A stretch of DNA of 64,000 nt from Eledone cirrhosa (lineage: Eukaryota). A model generated the notes under the pieces. It was given only the letters and a program-made list of their open reading frames with translations, searched no databases and had not been told where the DNA came from. Shown here piece after piece: positions 10,211-22,635 of the stretch. How positions within the stretch are numbered: position 1 is the stretch's first letter; every line of letters starts with the position of its first letter. A program made the translations under genes and the position numbers. The stretch lies in NCBI GenBank assembly GCA_964016885.1, contig OZ024748.1, forward strand, positions 40,176,001 to 40,240,000. Reading direction: 5' to 3'.

Positions 10211-13200
10211 ATAGAAATCACTTCGCCAAATTTCATTGCATTGCTGTTCCCCCCACAGTAATCATGTAACGTAATGTACATATTTTTCTTTCATCTCTAC
10301 CTCCACACTTCTATTTTGTATCCAGTCCAAATAGCCAATCTATTGCTAAAACAAATCTGCATTTTTTGTTATCATTAATTGTTAGATACGAGAGTTTTTG
10401 TTGTATTGAACAGAACAAATCTTGTATTTTTGTTAATCGCTTGTTAAATACAAGGACCTCATTCAATCATTACCTTCTAGCTAGCTACCCAACACCCCTC
10501 CCTCCCGCCCCCACACACCACCATTGTTATTACGTGGACCAATCATAAGCCAGAGCCCCCACGCATCACCATTATTATTATTACGCGGACCAATCATAAG
10601 CCAGAGGCCTATACTATCGCTTGCCTGGTTGCCTTTCAGTATATGATGGATGGATGGACTGCGGAATCCTGGAGAGTGGAGGAGAGAGAGAAAAATCTGG
10701 ACGCTCAGCGACAATGCCAAAGATAAAGACAAATTCACCTCGTGGACGAGAATGCGAGCACTCCTCATTGTTTCGACCGCGGACGGCTAACATAACCCCA
10801 TCGCCCACAACCCCCAAACGCAATCCAAAACTTCAGAGTTGGTACCATAAATGTAGGCACCTTAAAGGGTCGCGCTAACGAGGTTGTAGAAATGCTTGAA
10901 CGTAAGGAGGTCGATGTTTGTTGTATTCAAGAGACCAGATGGAGGGGTGGGTCTGCTAGATTCATTGAGGGTAAAAAACGATGTTATAAGCTTTTCTGGG
11001 CGGGAAACGACGATGGGCTGGGTGGAGTAGGAATCATGGTAGCAGAAAAGTGGGCAGATAAGATAATAGACGTAAATAGAGTGAACGACAGAATAATTAA
11101 AATAAGACTTGTCCTCAATAGAACTACGGTGACAGTAATATCTGTGTACGCACCCCAATCCGGACTGCCCGGCACTATAAAAGACAGATTCTATGAGACA
11201 CTGATGCTCACTACCTCCCAAATAACCGACAGTGACTATATAATTATCGCAGGCGACCTAAATGGTCACGTTGGACAACATTGTGACGGCTACAACGAAA
11301 TCCATGGGGGCTATGGGTTTGGTACTAGAAATGAGGAAGGCTCCAGAATCCTGGAATTCTGTGACGCTAATAACCTAACTATCTGTAACACTAACTTCAA
11401 AAAACGTGACAATCACCTGATCACCTATAGATCCAGGGAACACACAAGCCAGGTAGATTATATCCTTACCAGAAGACGTGACAGAGTGTCTGTTGTAAAC
11501 ACTAAATCCCTCCCCCATGAAGAATACACCTCCCAACATAGACTGATAATTAGCGACCTCATAGTCAGGACGAGACGTACTCGACAGCAGAAGAGGACTA
11601 TCCTCAGGAGAAAAATATGGAAGCTAAAGGACCCCATAGCCAGAAATAAATTTCAAAGCATATTACTTGATGCTTTCGACAGTAAGGAAGAGCATTTAGA
11701 GTCGGATAATATAGAGGGACAGTGGGAATTTCTGAAAGCAAACCTGCTGATGGCGACAGACGAAGTCTGTGGCTGGAGCAGGCCTGTAGGCAGGAGGAGA
11801 GTAACATGGTGGTGGAACAGTAGGGTGGAGGGGTCAATTAAGGCCAAAAAGCAGGCTTGGAAAGTATGGTGGGATGGGAGAAGTAGAGAAGACTATCAAG
11901 TGGCCAGGAGGGAGGCTAGGAGACAAGTGTACTTCGCAAGAAGGGAAGCAGAGGAAAGAAAGTTCAAGCATGTTCTACAACGCGAGGACCAAAAACGTGA
12001 GGTGTTCAGGATTGCTAGGCAATGTGTCAAGGAAAACCGTGATATTGTCGGGGAGAAGTGTGTACTTAATGATGACGGCGTACTTGCCATCACCGACGCT
12101 GATAAGAAGGTAGCTTGGAAGTGCCACTATGAAAGGCTACTAAATGAGGAGAATAAATGGGAGAAAGACAGTCTCCCCCACATCGACCCAATAGAGGGAC
12201 CAGCAGTGTTAGTCGAGGGTAGTATAATAAGTAAGGCAATCAAGGATATGAAGACTGGTAAGGCGGCTGGGCCTTCGGAAATAGTTGCTGAGATGCTGAA
12301 GGCATCTGGCTCGGTGGGACACACCTTGGTCACCCGGATAGTTAACCAAGTCGTACAGAATGGGGTTGTTCCGAAGGACTGGCATAGCAGCATCATCGTT
12401 AACTGTTATAAGGGTAAAGGAGATGCCCTAGATAGGAGTAACTATAGAGGCATTAAACTAATCGACCAGGTCATGAAGGCCACGGAAAAAGTAATAGCGC
12501 AACTAATCAGAGAGAGAATTGACCTAGATGAAATGCAGTTCGGATTTGTGTCAGGCAAAAGTACCACAGACGCTCTTTTCATTGTACGTCAACTACAGGA
12601 GAAGTACCTAGCTAAAAGTAAACCCCTCTACTTAGCTTTTGTTGACTTGGAGAAAGCCTTCGACAGAGTCCCCCGTTCCATTATCTGGTGGGCCCTTAGA
12701 AAACTAGGTGTCGACGAATGGCTTGTGAGAGCTATAGAAGCCATGTATAAAGAAACAGTCAGCAAGGTTAGAATTAACAACGAATATAGTGAAGAGTTTA
12801 GAGTAAAAGTTGGCGTCCATCAGGGCTCTGTTCTCAGCCCTCTACTATTTATTATTGCCCTTCAGGCTATAACAGAGGAGTTCAAGACCGGCTGCCCATG
12901 GGAACTCCTATACGCAGACGACCTTACACTCATAGCTGAATCAATGGCCGAGCTAGAGAAGAAATTCCAAACATGGAAGCACGGCCTAGAATCAAAAGGC
13001 CTTAAAATTAACCTGGCTAAGACTAAAGTTCTAGTTTGTAGGAAAGAAAATAAGGCGGCGGTCCCTTCCGGGAAATGGCCATGCTCAGTGTGTAGGAAAG
13101 GCGTAGGTAGAAACTCCATTTTATGTCCCAAATGCAAAGTATGGGTGCATAAAAGATGTAGTGGGATCACAGGTAAGCTAACTAAGAACTTAGATTTTAC

Positions 13201-14260
13201 ATGTGGGCGGTGCTCTGGTGCAATAAGTAGCAGCGAGTGCCCACAAAATACTAACTCTTTCAATTGCGCAGAGGGCTCTATAGAAATAGTGGACAGCTTC
13301 CGTTACCTGGGTGACAAAATCAGCAGTGGGGGAGGGTGCTCCGAAAGTACAGTAGCTAGAGTCAGAACTGGATGGAAAAAGTTCAGAGAGCTTATACCAC
13401 TATTAGCCGCTAAAGGGTTCTCCCTAAAAATGAAAGGCAGGTTGTATGATGCCTGCATACGAACAGCAATGTTGCATGGCAGTGAGACCTGGGCATTGTG
13501 CGCAGAGGATATACGCAGACTAGAGAGGAACGAAGCTTGCATGCTCCGCTGGATGTGTAATAGTAATATACGTGAACGGCAAAGCATAAACGAACTAAGG
13601 GAAAAAATTAGAAATAAGAGGGATCAGATGTTGTTTACTCGAGAGAAGGCTACGTTGGTACGGACACGTGATGCGCATGAAAGTCGATAGCTGTATAACA
13701 AAGTGCAGGGCAATAAAGATAGACGGTAGCCACGGAATAGGCAGACCTAGAAAATCCTGGGACGAGCTGATAAACTCCGACCTCACACACTTACACCTCT
13801 CCAAGACAATGTCACTGGACCGAGACCTTTGGCGGTACTCAGTAATAGAGAAGACCCGCCTTACCTAAATACATAGTAAAACCTACTACAGCCAGTAGGC
13901 ATCTCTAACAAAATACACCCCCGTCCCACCACCCACACCCCCATCCACACCACCCCCTCCTATGTAAAGTTATGTTGGTGCCATAACATCCAGGCCGAAA
14001 CAAATGAGATCGTGTAGGTGTCACGACAAAAAAACACACAGTCCACGCTGTAATATGGCCGTGTAGGCAACACGGTAAAAACCTCCCAGTCCCACACTGT
14101 AAATGTGGTTGGTGCTAGGAAGGGCATCCAACTGTAGAAAACCTGCCAGACAGTCCTATGCGAGCAAGACAATCACTCTTGCCTCAAGTGGGAATACCCC
14201 CGTCCAAACCCATGCAAGCGTGGAACACGGACGTTACACGTTGATGATGATGATGATGAT
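10022..14260 (+). mobile_element. RTE-clade LINE, subfamily A, copy 2, full length with (GAT)n tail
   Basis: 932-aa ORF with APE motifs (QETRW, SVYAP, GDLNGH, DYIL, HRL) and RT motifs (QFGF, DLEKAFD, GVHQGSVLSP, YADD, YLG); 3' UTR ends in gatgatgat. Confidence 0.95.
10714..13868 (+). pseudogene. RTE ORF with two frameshifts
   Basis: ATG 10714 is 178 nt from 10892 (195 nt in copy 1, so 17 nt shorter). An extra A near 13602-13607 shifts RLRWYGHVMRM...GRPRKSW into another frame that ends at 13868. Confidence 0.85.
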
Positions 14261-15088
14261 GTTATTTTTAGACCCAGTTCACTAGAAGATTTTCTAATAT
14301 TTTTCCGTAGCCTTTCAAGATTTTGGTTATTCAAGTTATTAACTAATAAGAGCCCGTCATCTCTGTATATCCCCCCCTGTAGATTACTAAATTTCACAAC
14401 CAACAGTTCACCTTAAAATGGGATATACTTTCCAGCGCAAGTGCATACCGGAGTGGATTGAAGTACTGCAGGTTATGTAACCTTGAGCTCTTTTACATAT
14501 TAAAATCCAAAAACAAACTACTTAATGATAGAATTGAACGATCATTATACTGCAACCACAAACTAAAAGCTAAATTCTCTCGCTATAAAATAACTTAACA
14601 TTCGAACCCGTAACTATAACACCGCTTTCTAGCTGACAACCTTCTCTTCCCCCCACACTACAAGACAATACACTGCTTATCACTATACATGGTAACTCAG
14701 TGCAATTCCTAGATTACTACTACAAACCCAAAGTTCACTCACCACACAAACTTTATCTGTCCCCTCTCTACCTATCTCTCTCTACATCCATTACACTCTC
14801 TCTCTCTCGCCTTTGGCCTACCTCCCTCTCAACATCTATGAACCTGCCCTCTGGGGCAATAAATAATTCCGACCTTAACTATCAACGCATCTCTCCAAAA
14901 GTAACCAGTATAATAAAACCCCTACCATAACATTTTGATTAAGATATCTACAAGCCATTCTCTCCTACTTCAACTCCTGCATATCTTTCTCTCTCTCTCC
15001 CTCTTCCCTACTTTTCTCTCTTCTTTTTCTACTCTATCTTCCCCAACAACCTCACTTAAGGGTATTTACATTGTACATTTTACCATTC

Positions 15089-15200
15089 TGCTCTGAGGAA
15101 ACAGTGGTCACAGCATTGGATATTTGAGTTCTGCAAGTACTTGTGAATTTGCACGTAGCATAACTAGGCTGCAGTACCACCGTGGAAACACTTGTAAGCA
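15089..15200 (+). ncRNA. Hammerhead-like motif, inverted Penelope copy
   Basis: Stem I tgct/agca, CTGAGGA 15093-15099, GAAA 15185-15188, predicted cleavage triplet GTA 15194-15196. Confidence 0.6.
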
Positions 15201-15392
15201 CACGGAATAAATTACCTTTTTATGATGTCTACCTGTTATTATTCATTCTTTATATACACTCCGGAATACTGAAGGATCAGGAACTAAGTTTCTTCAACAA
15301 TTCTTCCATAACTCATAGAGTAACCTCTTACCGTACGTCAACCATATCCAGTGTAGTAATTAACCATTACTACATCTTGGATAATCCTATAC

Positions 15393-15427
<35 letters not shown>

Positions 15428-15831
15428 CAGTCAGCTAAAAGGTTAATACGCTCACGAGGAAAGACTGATGCTAAAGCTGTGAAATCTAGCAGCTTTTAAA
15501 CTTTTCAGTCAACCCTAGTACATGACGAGACAAATTCCAGTTAAGACATGGAAGAAGATCACAATCTATTTTTCCTTTTCCTGTCTATGTGTTCAACTCT
15601 TTCGCTGTCAAGTTGCCACCAAAAACCTTCCCTAGTTTTTTTTTTGTTTTGTTTTTTCATAATAAAAAACTTTATTTTAAACTGTATATATTTATTTAAA
15701 AACCTTCCCTCATAATTCTATGTAAGAACCTTTGTTAAGTTATCCTCAAAAGACCAACTTAATAACAAGGAAGTTAGTTATATTATTAAACACCTACAAA
15801 TTCTTGAATTAAATCAGAAAACAATACAGTT

Positions 15832-16130
15832 CTCATGACTTTCGGAAACATATTTTCACACTCAGAGTTGCTGAAGCATGGAACAAACTACCTGCATCGG
15901 TTGTTAGCTGCCGAGACACTGCATCCTTTAAAAGCTCCATGATTCTCGAAAATTCACCAACATACACACGCACGCATGTATATGTGTGGTGTGTGTGTGT
16001 GTGTGTGTGTGTATCATAACTCATACACTGTTCTTGTTCACTTTCCTGACATTTGTACATTATTCTATACATCATACTTGCACCTTTGACGAGTTGTAGT
16101 GCACCTGAGCACTGTACACAATTTTCATTA
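15832..16130 (+). mobile_element. CR1-type LINE 3' fragment
   Basis: Translates as FRKHIFTLRVAEAWNKLPASVV...SFK, typical of a CR1 ORF2 C-terminus. Confidence 0.7.
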
Positions 16131-16221
16131 TAGTTATATATTTACAAAATTATTTTAAAATCATTGATATTGTATTTCATTAGAAATATGGCACCAAAAG
16201 GTGTTAAAGAGGTTAAATTAC

Positions 16222-16365
16222 CTTGTAACTAGAAGAGACAATAGTTCTGTAATAGAATTGTCCAACTCAGGATAAAGACTTTCATTCTTTAAACGTTTGT
16301 GCAGTTGTTCGGCTTTCTTAATCTGTTGCCTGTTTTCCCAGATCAGTTCTGCCAAAACTGAACAC
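16222..16365 (-). CDS. STAT5: STAT5-like exon: CSVLAELIWENRQQIKKAEQLHKRLKNESLYPELDNSITELLSLLVT
   Basis: atttag/gtaatt, 144 nt, phase 2-2. Resembles STAT5 'CEKLAEIIWQNRQQIRRAE...ITDIISALVTS'. Confidence 0.95.
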
Positions 16366-16519
16366 CTAAATACAAAGAGAATCAATAACAATACAGAAGA
16401 TCCACCTTCCCACAGACACACACTCAAGTTGAAGCATATATATATATAGTACCACCCCCACCTCACCCTCTTATACATCTATGAGGACAGGCTGAAGTAT
16501 ACATCTAGTGAAGCCTCCA

Positions 16520-18545
16520 ACCCACACTGTAGAGTGGTCATGTTGCTGTCATGATAAAGAGTGCTCAGTCCACACTGTAAAGTGGTCATGTTGGTGTCAG
16601 GATAAAAAGTGCCCAGTCCACACTGTAAAGTGGTCATGTTGGTGTCAGGATAAAAAGTGCCCAGTCCACACTGTAAAGTGGTCATGTTGGTGTGATGATA
16701 AAAAGTGCCCAGTCCAAACTGTAAAGTGGTCATGTAGATGTCACGATAAAAAGTGCGCAGTCCACACTGTAGAGTGGTCATGTAGGTGTCACGATAAAAA
16801 GTTCCCAGCCCACACTGTAAAAAGGTCATGTAGCTGTCACAATAAAAAGTGCCCAGTCCAAACTGTAAAGTGGTCATGTAGGTGTCATGATAAAAAGTGC
16901 TCAGTCCACACTGTAAAGTGGTCATGTAGGTGTCACAACAAAAGGCACCCAGTCCACACAGTAAAGTGGTCATGTAGCTGTCACGATAAAAAGTGCCCAG
17001 TCCACACTGTAAAGTAGTCATGTTGGTGTCACGATAAAAAGTGCCCAGTCCACACTGTAAAGTAGTCATGTTGGTGTCACGATAAAAAGTGCCCAGTCCA
17101 CACTGTAAAGTGGTCATGTAGCTGTCACGATAAAAAGTGCCCAGTCCACACAGTAAAGTAGTCATGTAGCTGTCACGATAAAAAGTGCCCAGTCCAGACT
17201 GTAAAGTAGTCATGTAGCTGTCACGATAAAAAGTGCCCAGTCCACACTGTAAAGTAGTCATGTAGCTGTCACGATAAAAAGTGCCCAGTCCACACTGTAA
17301 AGTAGTCATGTTGGTGTCACGATAAAAAGTGCCCAGTCCAGACTGTAAAGTAGTCATGTAGCTGTCACGATATAAAGTGCCCAGTCCACACTGTAAAGTA
17401 GTCATGTTGGTGTCACGATAAAAAGTGCCCAGTCCACACTGTAAAGTGGTCATGTAGGTGTCACAACAAAAGGCACCCAGTCCACACAGTAAAGTAGTCA
17501 TGTAGGTGTCACGATAAAAAGTGCCCAGTCCACACTGTAAAGTAGTCATGTTGGTGTCATGATAAAAAGTGCCCAGTCCACACAGTAAAGTAGTCATGTA
17601 GCTGTCACGATAAAAAGTGCCCAGTCCACACGGTAAAGTAGTCATGTAGCTGTCACGATAAAAAGTGCCCAGTCCACACTGTAAAGTAGTCATGTTGGTG
17701 TCACGATAAAAAGTGCCCAGTCCAGACTGTAAAGTAGTCATGTAGCTGTCACGATATAAAGTGCCCAGTCCACACTGTAAAGTAGTCATGTTGGTGTCAC
17801 GATAAAAAGTGCCCAGTCCACACTGTAAAGTGGTCATGTAGGTGTCACAACAAAAGGCACCCAGTCCACACAGTAAAGTAGTCATGTAGGTGTCACGATA
17901 AAAAGTGCCCAGTCCACACTGTAAAGTAGTCATGTTGGTGTCACGATAAAAAGTGCCCAGTCCACACTGTAAAGTGGTCATGTAGGTGTCACAACAAAAG
18001 GCACCCAGTCCACACAGTAAAGTAGTCATGTAGGTGTCACGATAAAAAGTGCCCAGTCCACACTGTAAAGTAGTCATGTTGGTGTCACGATAAAAAGTGC
18101 CCAGTCCACACAGTAAAGTAGTCATGTAGGTGTCACGATAAAAAGTGCCCAGTCCAGACTGTAAAGTAGTCATGTAGCTGTCACGATAAAAAGTGCCCAG
18201 TCCACACAGTAAAGTAGTCATGTAGCTGTCACGATAAAAAGTGCCCAGTCCAGACTGTAAAGTAGTCATGTAGCTGTCACGATATAAAGTGCCCAGTCCA
18301 CACTGTAAAGTAGTCATGTAGGTGTCACAATATAAAGTGCCCAGTCCACACTGTAAAGTGGTCATGTAGGTGTCATGATAAAAAGTGCCCAGTCCACACT
18401 GTAAAGTGGTCATGTAGGTGTCACAACAAAAGGCACCCAGTCCACACAGTAAAGTGGTCATGTAGGTGTCACAACAAAAGGCACCCAGTCCAGACTGTAA
18501 AGTGGTCATGTAGGTGTCACAACAAAAGGCACCCAGTACTCACTG
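16520..18545 (+). repeat. 48-bp minisatellite, ~42 units
   Basis: Unit cccagtccacactgtaaagtggtcatgtaggtgtcacgataaaaagtg; matches the 16-aa periodicity of the 676-aa ORF. Confidence 0.95.
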
Positions 18546-18712
18546 TAAATGAGGTTGGCGTTAGGAAGGGCATCCAGCTGTAGTAACCAAGCCAAAATCA
18601 GTTCTACATCAGCAAGATATGGTCACCTGACCTGGCATTCCTCACAACAGTACAACTCGTCTAACCCATGCTAGCATGGGGAAATGGACATTAAACTGTG
18701 ATGATGATGATG
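18546..18712 (+). mobile_element. RTE-type 3' end / SINE tail capping the 48-bp array
   Basis: gttggcgttaggaagggcatccagctgtag ... ctaacccatgctagcatgg ... gatgatgatgat, as in the RTE-A 3' UTR. Confidence 0.75.
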
Positions 18713-19076
18713 TTTCTGATGGCACAATGCCAACAATTTCGGGGGAGGTGAAAGTTGATTAAATCAACCCCAGTGCATTACTGGTACTTTATTTTATCGA
18801 CCCCCATAAGGATGAAAGGGTCGTAACTATGCTGCAAAGCATGTTGTCCGGCACACTACCGATACTGCCAATCTCAATAAGAATGGTTTCTGATTTAGGC
18901 ACAAGGCCAACAATTTCCAATAAGGGACAAACCTTGTGGGAGTGTCACAGCTGTTACATCTTTGGTCATAAGCCTACTGGATCAGGACTAACCTCAGCAG
19001 GGATCCCAAGAACAGTTGAAGGGTTTATCAGGAGTTCAGGGAGTCAATTGAAGGTTGAAGGGTTAACCTGACTTAC

Positions 19077-19228
19077 CGTTTTTGGATTTCACAGAGTGTT
19101 TCCTCTGTTTCGGGGGTCGTGCCATGAAGCTGTTGTTTCCGTTTCCAGTCAACCAAATCTATGTTTAATACTTCTTTAGTGATGGTATTCAACTTTTCAA
19201 ATGCCAATGGGTGAAGCTGAGCTAAGTC
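19077..19228 (-). CDS. STAT5: STAT5-like exon: DLAQLHPLAFEKLNTITKEVLNIDLVDWKRKQQLHGTTPETEETLCEIQK
   Basis: ttacag/gtaagt, 152 nt, phase 0-2. Carries the STAT motif 'L..WKR.QQL'. Confidence 0.93.
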
Positions 19229-19511
19229 CTGTAATAAAGAAAAAAAATAATGCAAGAAAATATACTGAAAATAGACTGAATTGTGTAGTTTTCTGTAGTG
19301 GGTGAGGTTCAGGTCAAGATAAGAAGAGTAAGCTATAAAAAGTGGAGAGGAAGAAGATAAAATGTAATAAAATACAATAAAACTTCTTTAAAAACTGTGT
19401 TTTGTGTTTTATTGTTTATTTGAGTGAAGGTAGACATGTAGAAAATTAGGGTGAGAATTGAATAATAAAATTAACTAATAAAAACGGTAGGAAATATTAT
19501 AACATACATAC

Positions 19512-19627
19512 ATTATATTTATCTACGATTGTTTGATGGTCATTCATTAGCGTTAGGTGCTTTCTACGTATCTCCTCACCAAAACATTGCAGTTTCTCTT
19601 GTGAAGTATCCTTGCTTTTCTTAGCCA
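19512..19627 (-). CDS. STAT5: STAT5-like exon (coiled-coil): AKKSKDTSQEKLQCFGEEIRRKHLTLMNDHQTIVDKYN
   Basis: cctcag/gtatgt, 116 nt, phase 1-0; phases match both neighbouring exons. Confidence 0.8.
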
Positions 19628-19700
19628 CTGAGGAAAAGAGGAAAAGGAAACACAGACATATATAACAGGAGTAGCAGATGTTAAATGATGATGATGGTTG

Positions 19701-19740
<40 letters not shown>

Positions 19741-19807
19741 TATACACACTGCCTGTGCATAGAGTGCTTGTTTTGGTACCACAACTAGTAATTCACTGAA
19801 TTACCTA

Positions 19808-19838
<31 letters not shown>

Positions 19839-20730
19839 GATATAGATATATAGATATATAATGTGAATGTGTGTGTGTAGAGAGAGAGATAATGTGTGTG
19901 TGAGTGTGTGTGTGTATATATATATATACACACTCATCCCACTAACACCTCTACTAATACACACACACACCCTCCTCACTCCAACTTTCACACCTACCCA
20001 TCCTCGCCCCTTTACCATTCCACCGACTGCTGCTATGCCCTCTGACCACCTCCCAGCACAAACAGACACACAGCACTCCCACTGCTTGACCACTTCCTGT
20101 TGCGCGCGCACCCCACATCTCTCCTCTTCCGACCATCGCTTCATGGAATACTCGTACGTAGAACTTGACCACCACAGAATCCACTAAACATCATAGGATT
20201 TTACCAACTTTTCAACCATCCTCTTACGTAATCACCTATATAACTCACCCACATACACACCCCAAAAAATTTTTTTTTCTCCCCACGCCACCTACACCCA
20301 CACGTGTTTTCCACCACATATTTACACCCTCAGCCTCCTGATTCCTCTCCCCCCCCACCCCTCTATCCACACACGCAGACACTCCGACCCACAAACCCCC
20401 ACACACACACCTCTTCCTGAACATGCAACCCCGTTCTTCGCCCAACCCTTACTTTTACATACACACAAACGTACACCTTCAGCCCTCCCCGCTCGGACAC
20501 CCCGTCTCCCTCTCCCCACGCCACCACCCCTACACACCCTTCCACCACCTGTTTTACCCCCCTTTTAATTTCAGTTTATTTTGATCATGCTTTTATATTT
20601 AAATTTATTTCATTCCTTGTATTTTGATCATGCTTTATTTTTATTTTTATTATTCGCACCGTTTCCTTTCGCTATATGTCTCTCCACCACTCCCCTACAC
20701 ACCCTTTGAACTCTGTTCCCACACATTTCT

Positions 20731-20764
20731 CACCTGAGGAAGGGCTTATGCCCGAAACGTCGTT
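20731..20764 (+). ncRNA. Minimal hammerhead-like core at a probable Penelope 3'-end remnant
   Basis: cac-CTGAGGA-aGGGC ttat GCCC-GAAAC-GTC-gt. Stem III is the palindrome ACGT; stem I is only 2 bp. Confidence 0.5.
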
Positions 20765-20851
20765 CCCCACCAACACCCCACTCTCCAGAGCGTGAAATTA
20801 ATAAACATTCGTTGTACTGCCTCTCTGTTTTGTTCCTGTTCAAATTTTTCC

Positions 20852-20988
20852 ATTATATATATATATATAGATATATAATGTGAATGTGTGTGTGTGTGTG
20901 TAGAGAGAGAGAGAGACAGATAATGTGTGTGTGTGAATATATATATATATATAGATATATATATATATATAGATATATAATGTGAATG

Positions 20989-21020
<32 letters not shown>

Positions 21021-21037
21021 CAGATAATGTGTGTGTG

Positions 21038-21077
<40 letters not shown>

Positions 21078-21277
21078 TATATATATATAGAGATATATAA
21101 TGTGAATGTGTGTGTGTGTGTAGAGAGAGAGACAGATAATGTGTGTGTGTGAATATATATATATAGATATATATATATATATATATAGATATATAATGTG
21201 AATGTGTGTGTAGAGAGAGAGAGATAATGTGTGTGTGTGTGTGTGTAGAGAGAGACAGATAATGTGTGTGTGTGAGA

Positions 21278-21314
<37 letters not shown>

Positions 21315-21400
21315 TATATAATGTGAATGTGTGTGTAGAGAGAGAGAGACAGATAATGTGTGTGTGTGAGTGTGTATATATATATATATAATGTGTGTGT
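20852..21400. repeat. Compound (TA)n/(TG)n/(AG)n minisatellite
   Basis: Recurring aatgtgaatgtgtg...agagag..acagataatgtgtg blocks. Confidence 0.85.
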
Positions 21401-21504
21401 ATGATGTAGTGGTATAATGAGTAGCCTAACAGGAAGGGAGAAGTTTGCATGTAGAAGATGCAAAGGAGAGATGTAGAGGAAGATAAACGTTTTCCAATAA
21501 TAGG

Positions 21505-21770
21505 AAGGACCCATAGAAGTGGTTGATAGCTTCTACTATCTAGGTGACCTAATTAGCAGCGAGGGAGGGCACGCCAAGAGTGTCATATCTAGATTAAGGA
21601 AGAAGTTTAGAGAACTACTCCCACTGTTGGCAACAAAACGTTTCTTCTTTCGTAGCAAAGGAAGGCTGTATGATGCCCGTGTGCGGTGCGTGATGCTGCA
21701 TAGTAGGGAAACATGGGCTGTGACTGCAGAGAACATGCAAAGACTGAAGAGAAATGAAGCAGCCATGTGA
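21505..21770 (+). mobile_element. RTE RT C-terminal fragment
   Basis: [12 protein letters not shown]...KKFRELLPLL...GRLYDA...ETWA. Confidence 0.8.
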
Positions 21771-22092
21771 GAGAGGGGGGGTGAGAGGGGAGGAGAGAGG
21801 GGGTGAGAGGGGAGGAGAGAGGGGGTGAGGGGTGAGAGAAAGGAGGGGGAGAGAGAGGAGAGAGAGGGGGGTGAGAGAAAGGAGGGGGAGAGAGAGAGGA
21901 GAGAGAGGAGGGAGGGAGAGAGAGGGGGAGGGAGAGAGAGAGGAGAGAGAGAGGAGGGAGGGAGAGAGAGGGGGGAGGGAGAGAGAGAGGAGGGAGAGAG
22001 AGAGAGAGGAGGGAGAGAGGGAGAGAGAGAGGGAGAGAGAGGAGGGGGAGAGGGAGAGAGGAGGGGGAGAGAGAGCAGGGGAGAGAAAGAGA
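21768..22092. repeat. GA-rich low-complexity tract
   Basis: Directly visible. Confidence 0.9.
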
Positions 22093-22104
22093 GAACATAG
22101 TTAC

Positions 22105-22198
22105 TTTCTAATTGAGATTTTTGAGTCTGAAGGTTTTGATATCCGACAATGAAAAGCTCCTGATCTTGCTGCAGCAAACCAAGTAAATCAGCCGTGTG
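22105..22198 (-). CDS. STAT5: STAT5-like exon (coiled-coil): HTADLLGLLQQDQELFIVGYQNLQTQKSQLE
   Basis: atctag/gtaact, 94 nt, phase 0-1. Resembles STAT5 'LQQTQEYFIIQYQ'. Confidence 0.9.
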
Positions 22199-22200
22199 CT

Positions 22201-22635
22201 AGATATAAAACAGATATAAAACAGATGTAGAACAGCTATAGAATAGATATAAACAGATATAGAATACATATAAAACAGATAAACATAGAGAATAGATATA
22301 AAACAGATATAAAACAGATATAGAATAGCTATAAAACAGATATAGAATAGATATAAAACAGATGTAGAATAGATGTAAAACAGATGTAGAATAGATGTAA
22401 AACAGATGTAGAACATGTAAAACAGATATAAAACAGATGTAGAACAGATATAAAACAGATGTAGAACATCTAGAATAGATATAAAACAGATGAAGAACAG
22501 ATATACGATAGATATAAAACAGATATATGATAGATATAAAACAGATATACGATAGATATAAAACAGATATACGATAGATATAAAACAGATATACGATAGA
22601 TATAAAACAGATATACGATAGATATAAAACAGATA
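22201..22635. repeat. ~10-bp repeat (atataaaacag/atagaatag variants) abutting a STAT splice acceptor
   Basis: Directly visible. Confidence 0.85.

Larger units (their letters stand above)
8200..15255 (-). mobile_element. Penelope-like element (5'-truncated), split by an RTE insertion, with an inverted copy of its 3' ~860 bp at 14395-15255
   Basis: GIYRDDG...LGLKIT (14261-14394) continues as YNLKVVNFLDVTLNL (from ~10010) into ORF 8862-9881, which has a GIY-YIG motif (YYIGST...FKSRWYRH, CRLCNLE). 14395-15255 is the reverse complement of ~8200-9065. Confidence 0.9.

Noticed and set aside
16479-18509. 676-aa Cys/Thr-rich repeat ORF
   Set aside because: It is the translation of a stop-free 48-bp minisatellite derived from an RTE 3' UTR inside a STAT intron; no evidence it is a gene.
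16520-18545. CRISPR-like appearance of regular short repeats (also 33226-34768)
   Set aside because: No unique spacers, no cas genes, and a eukaryotic intron context.
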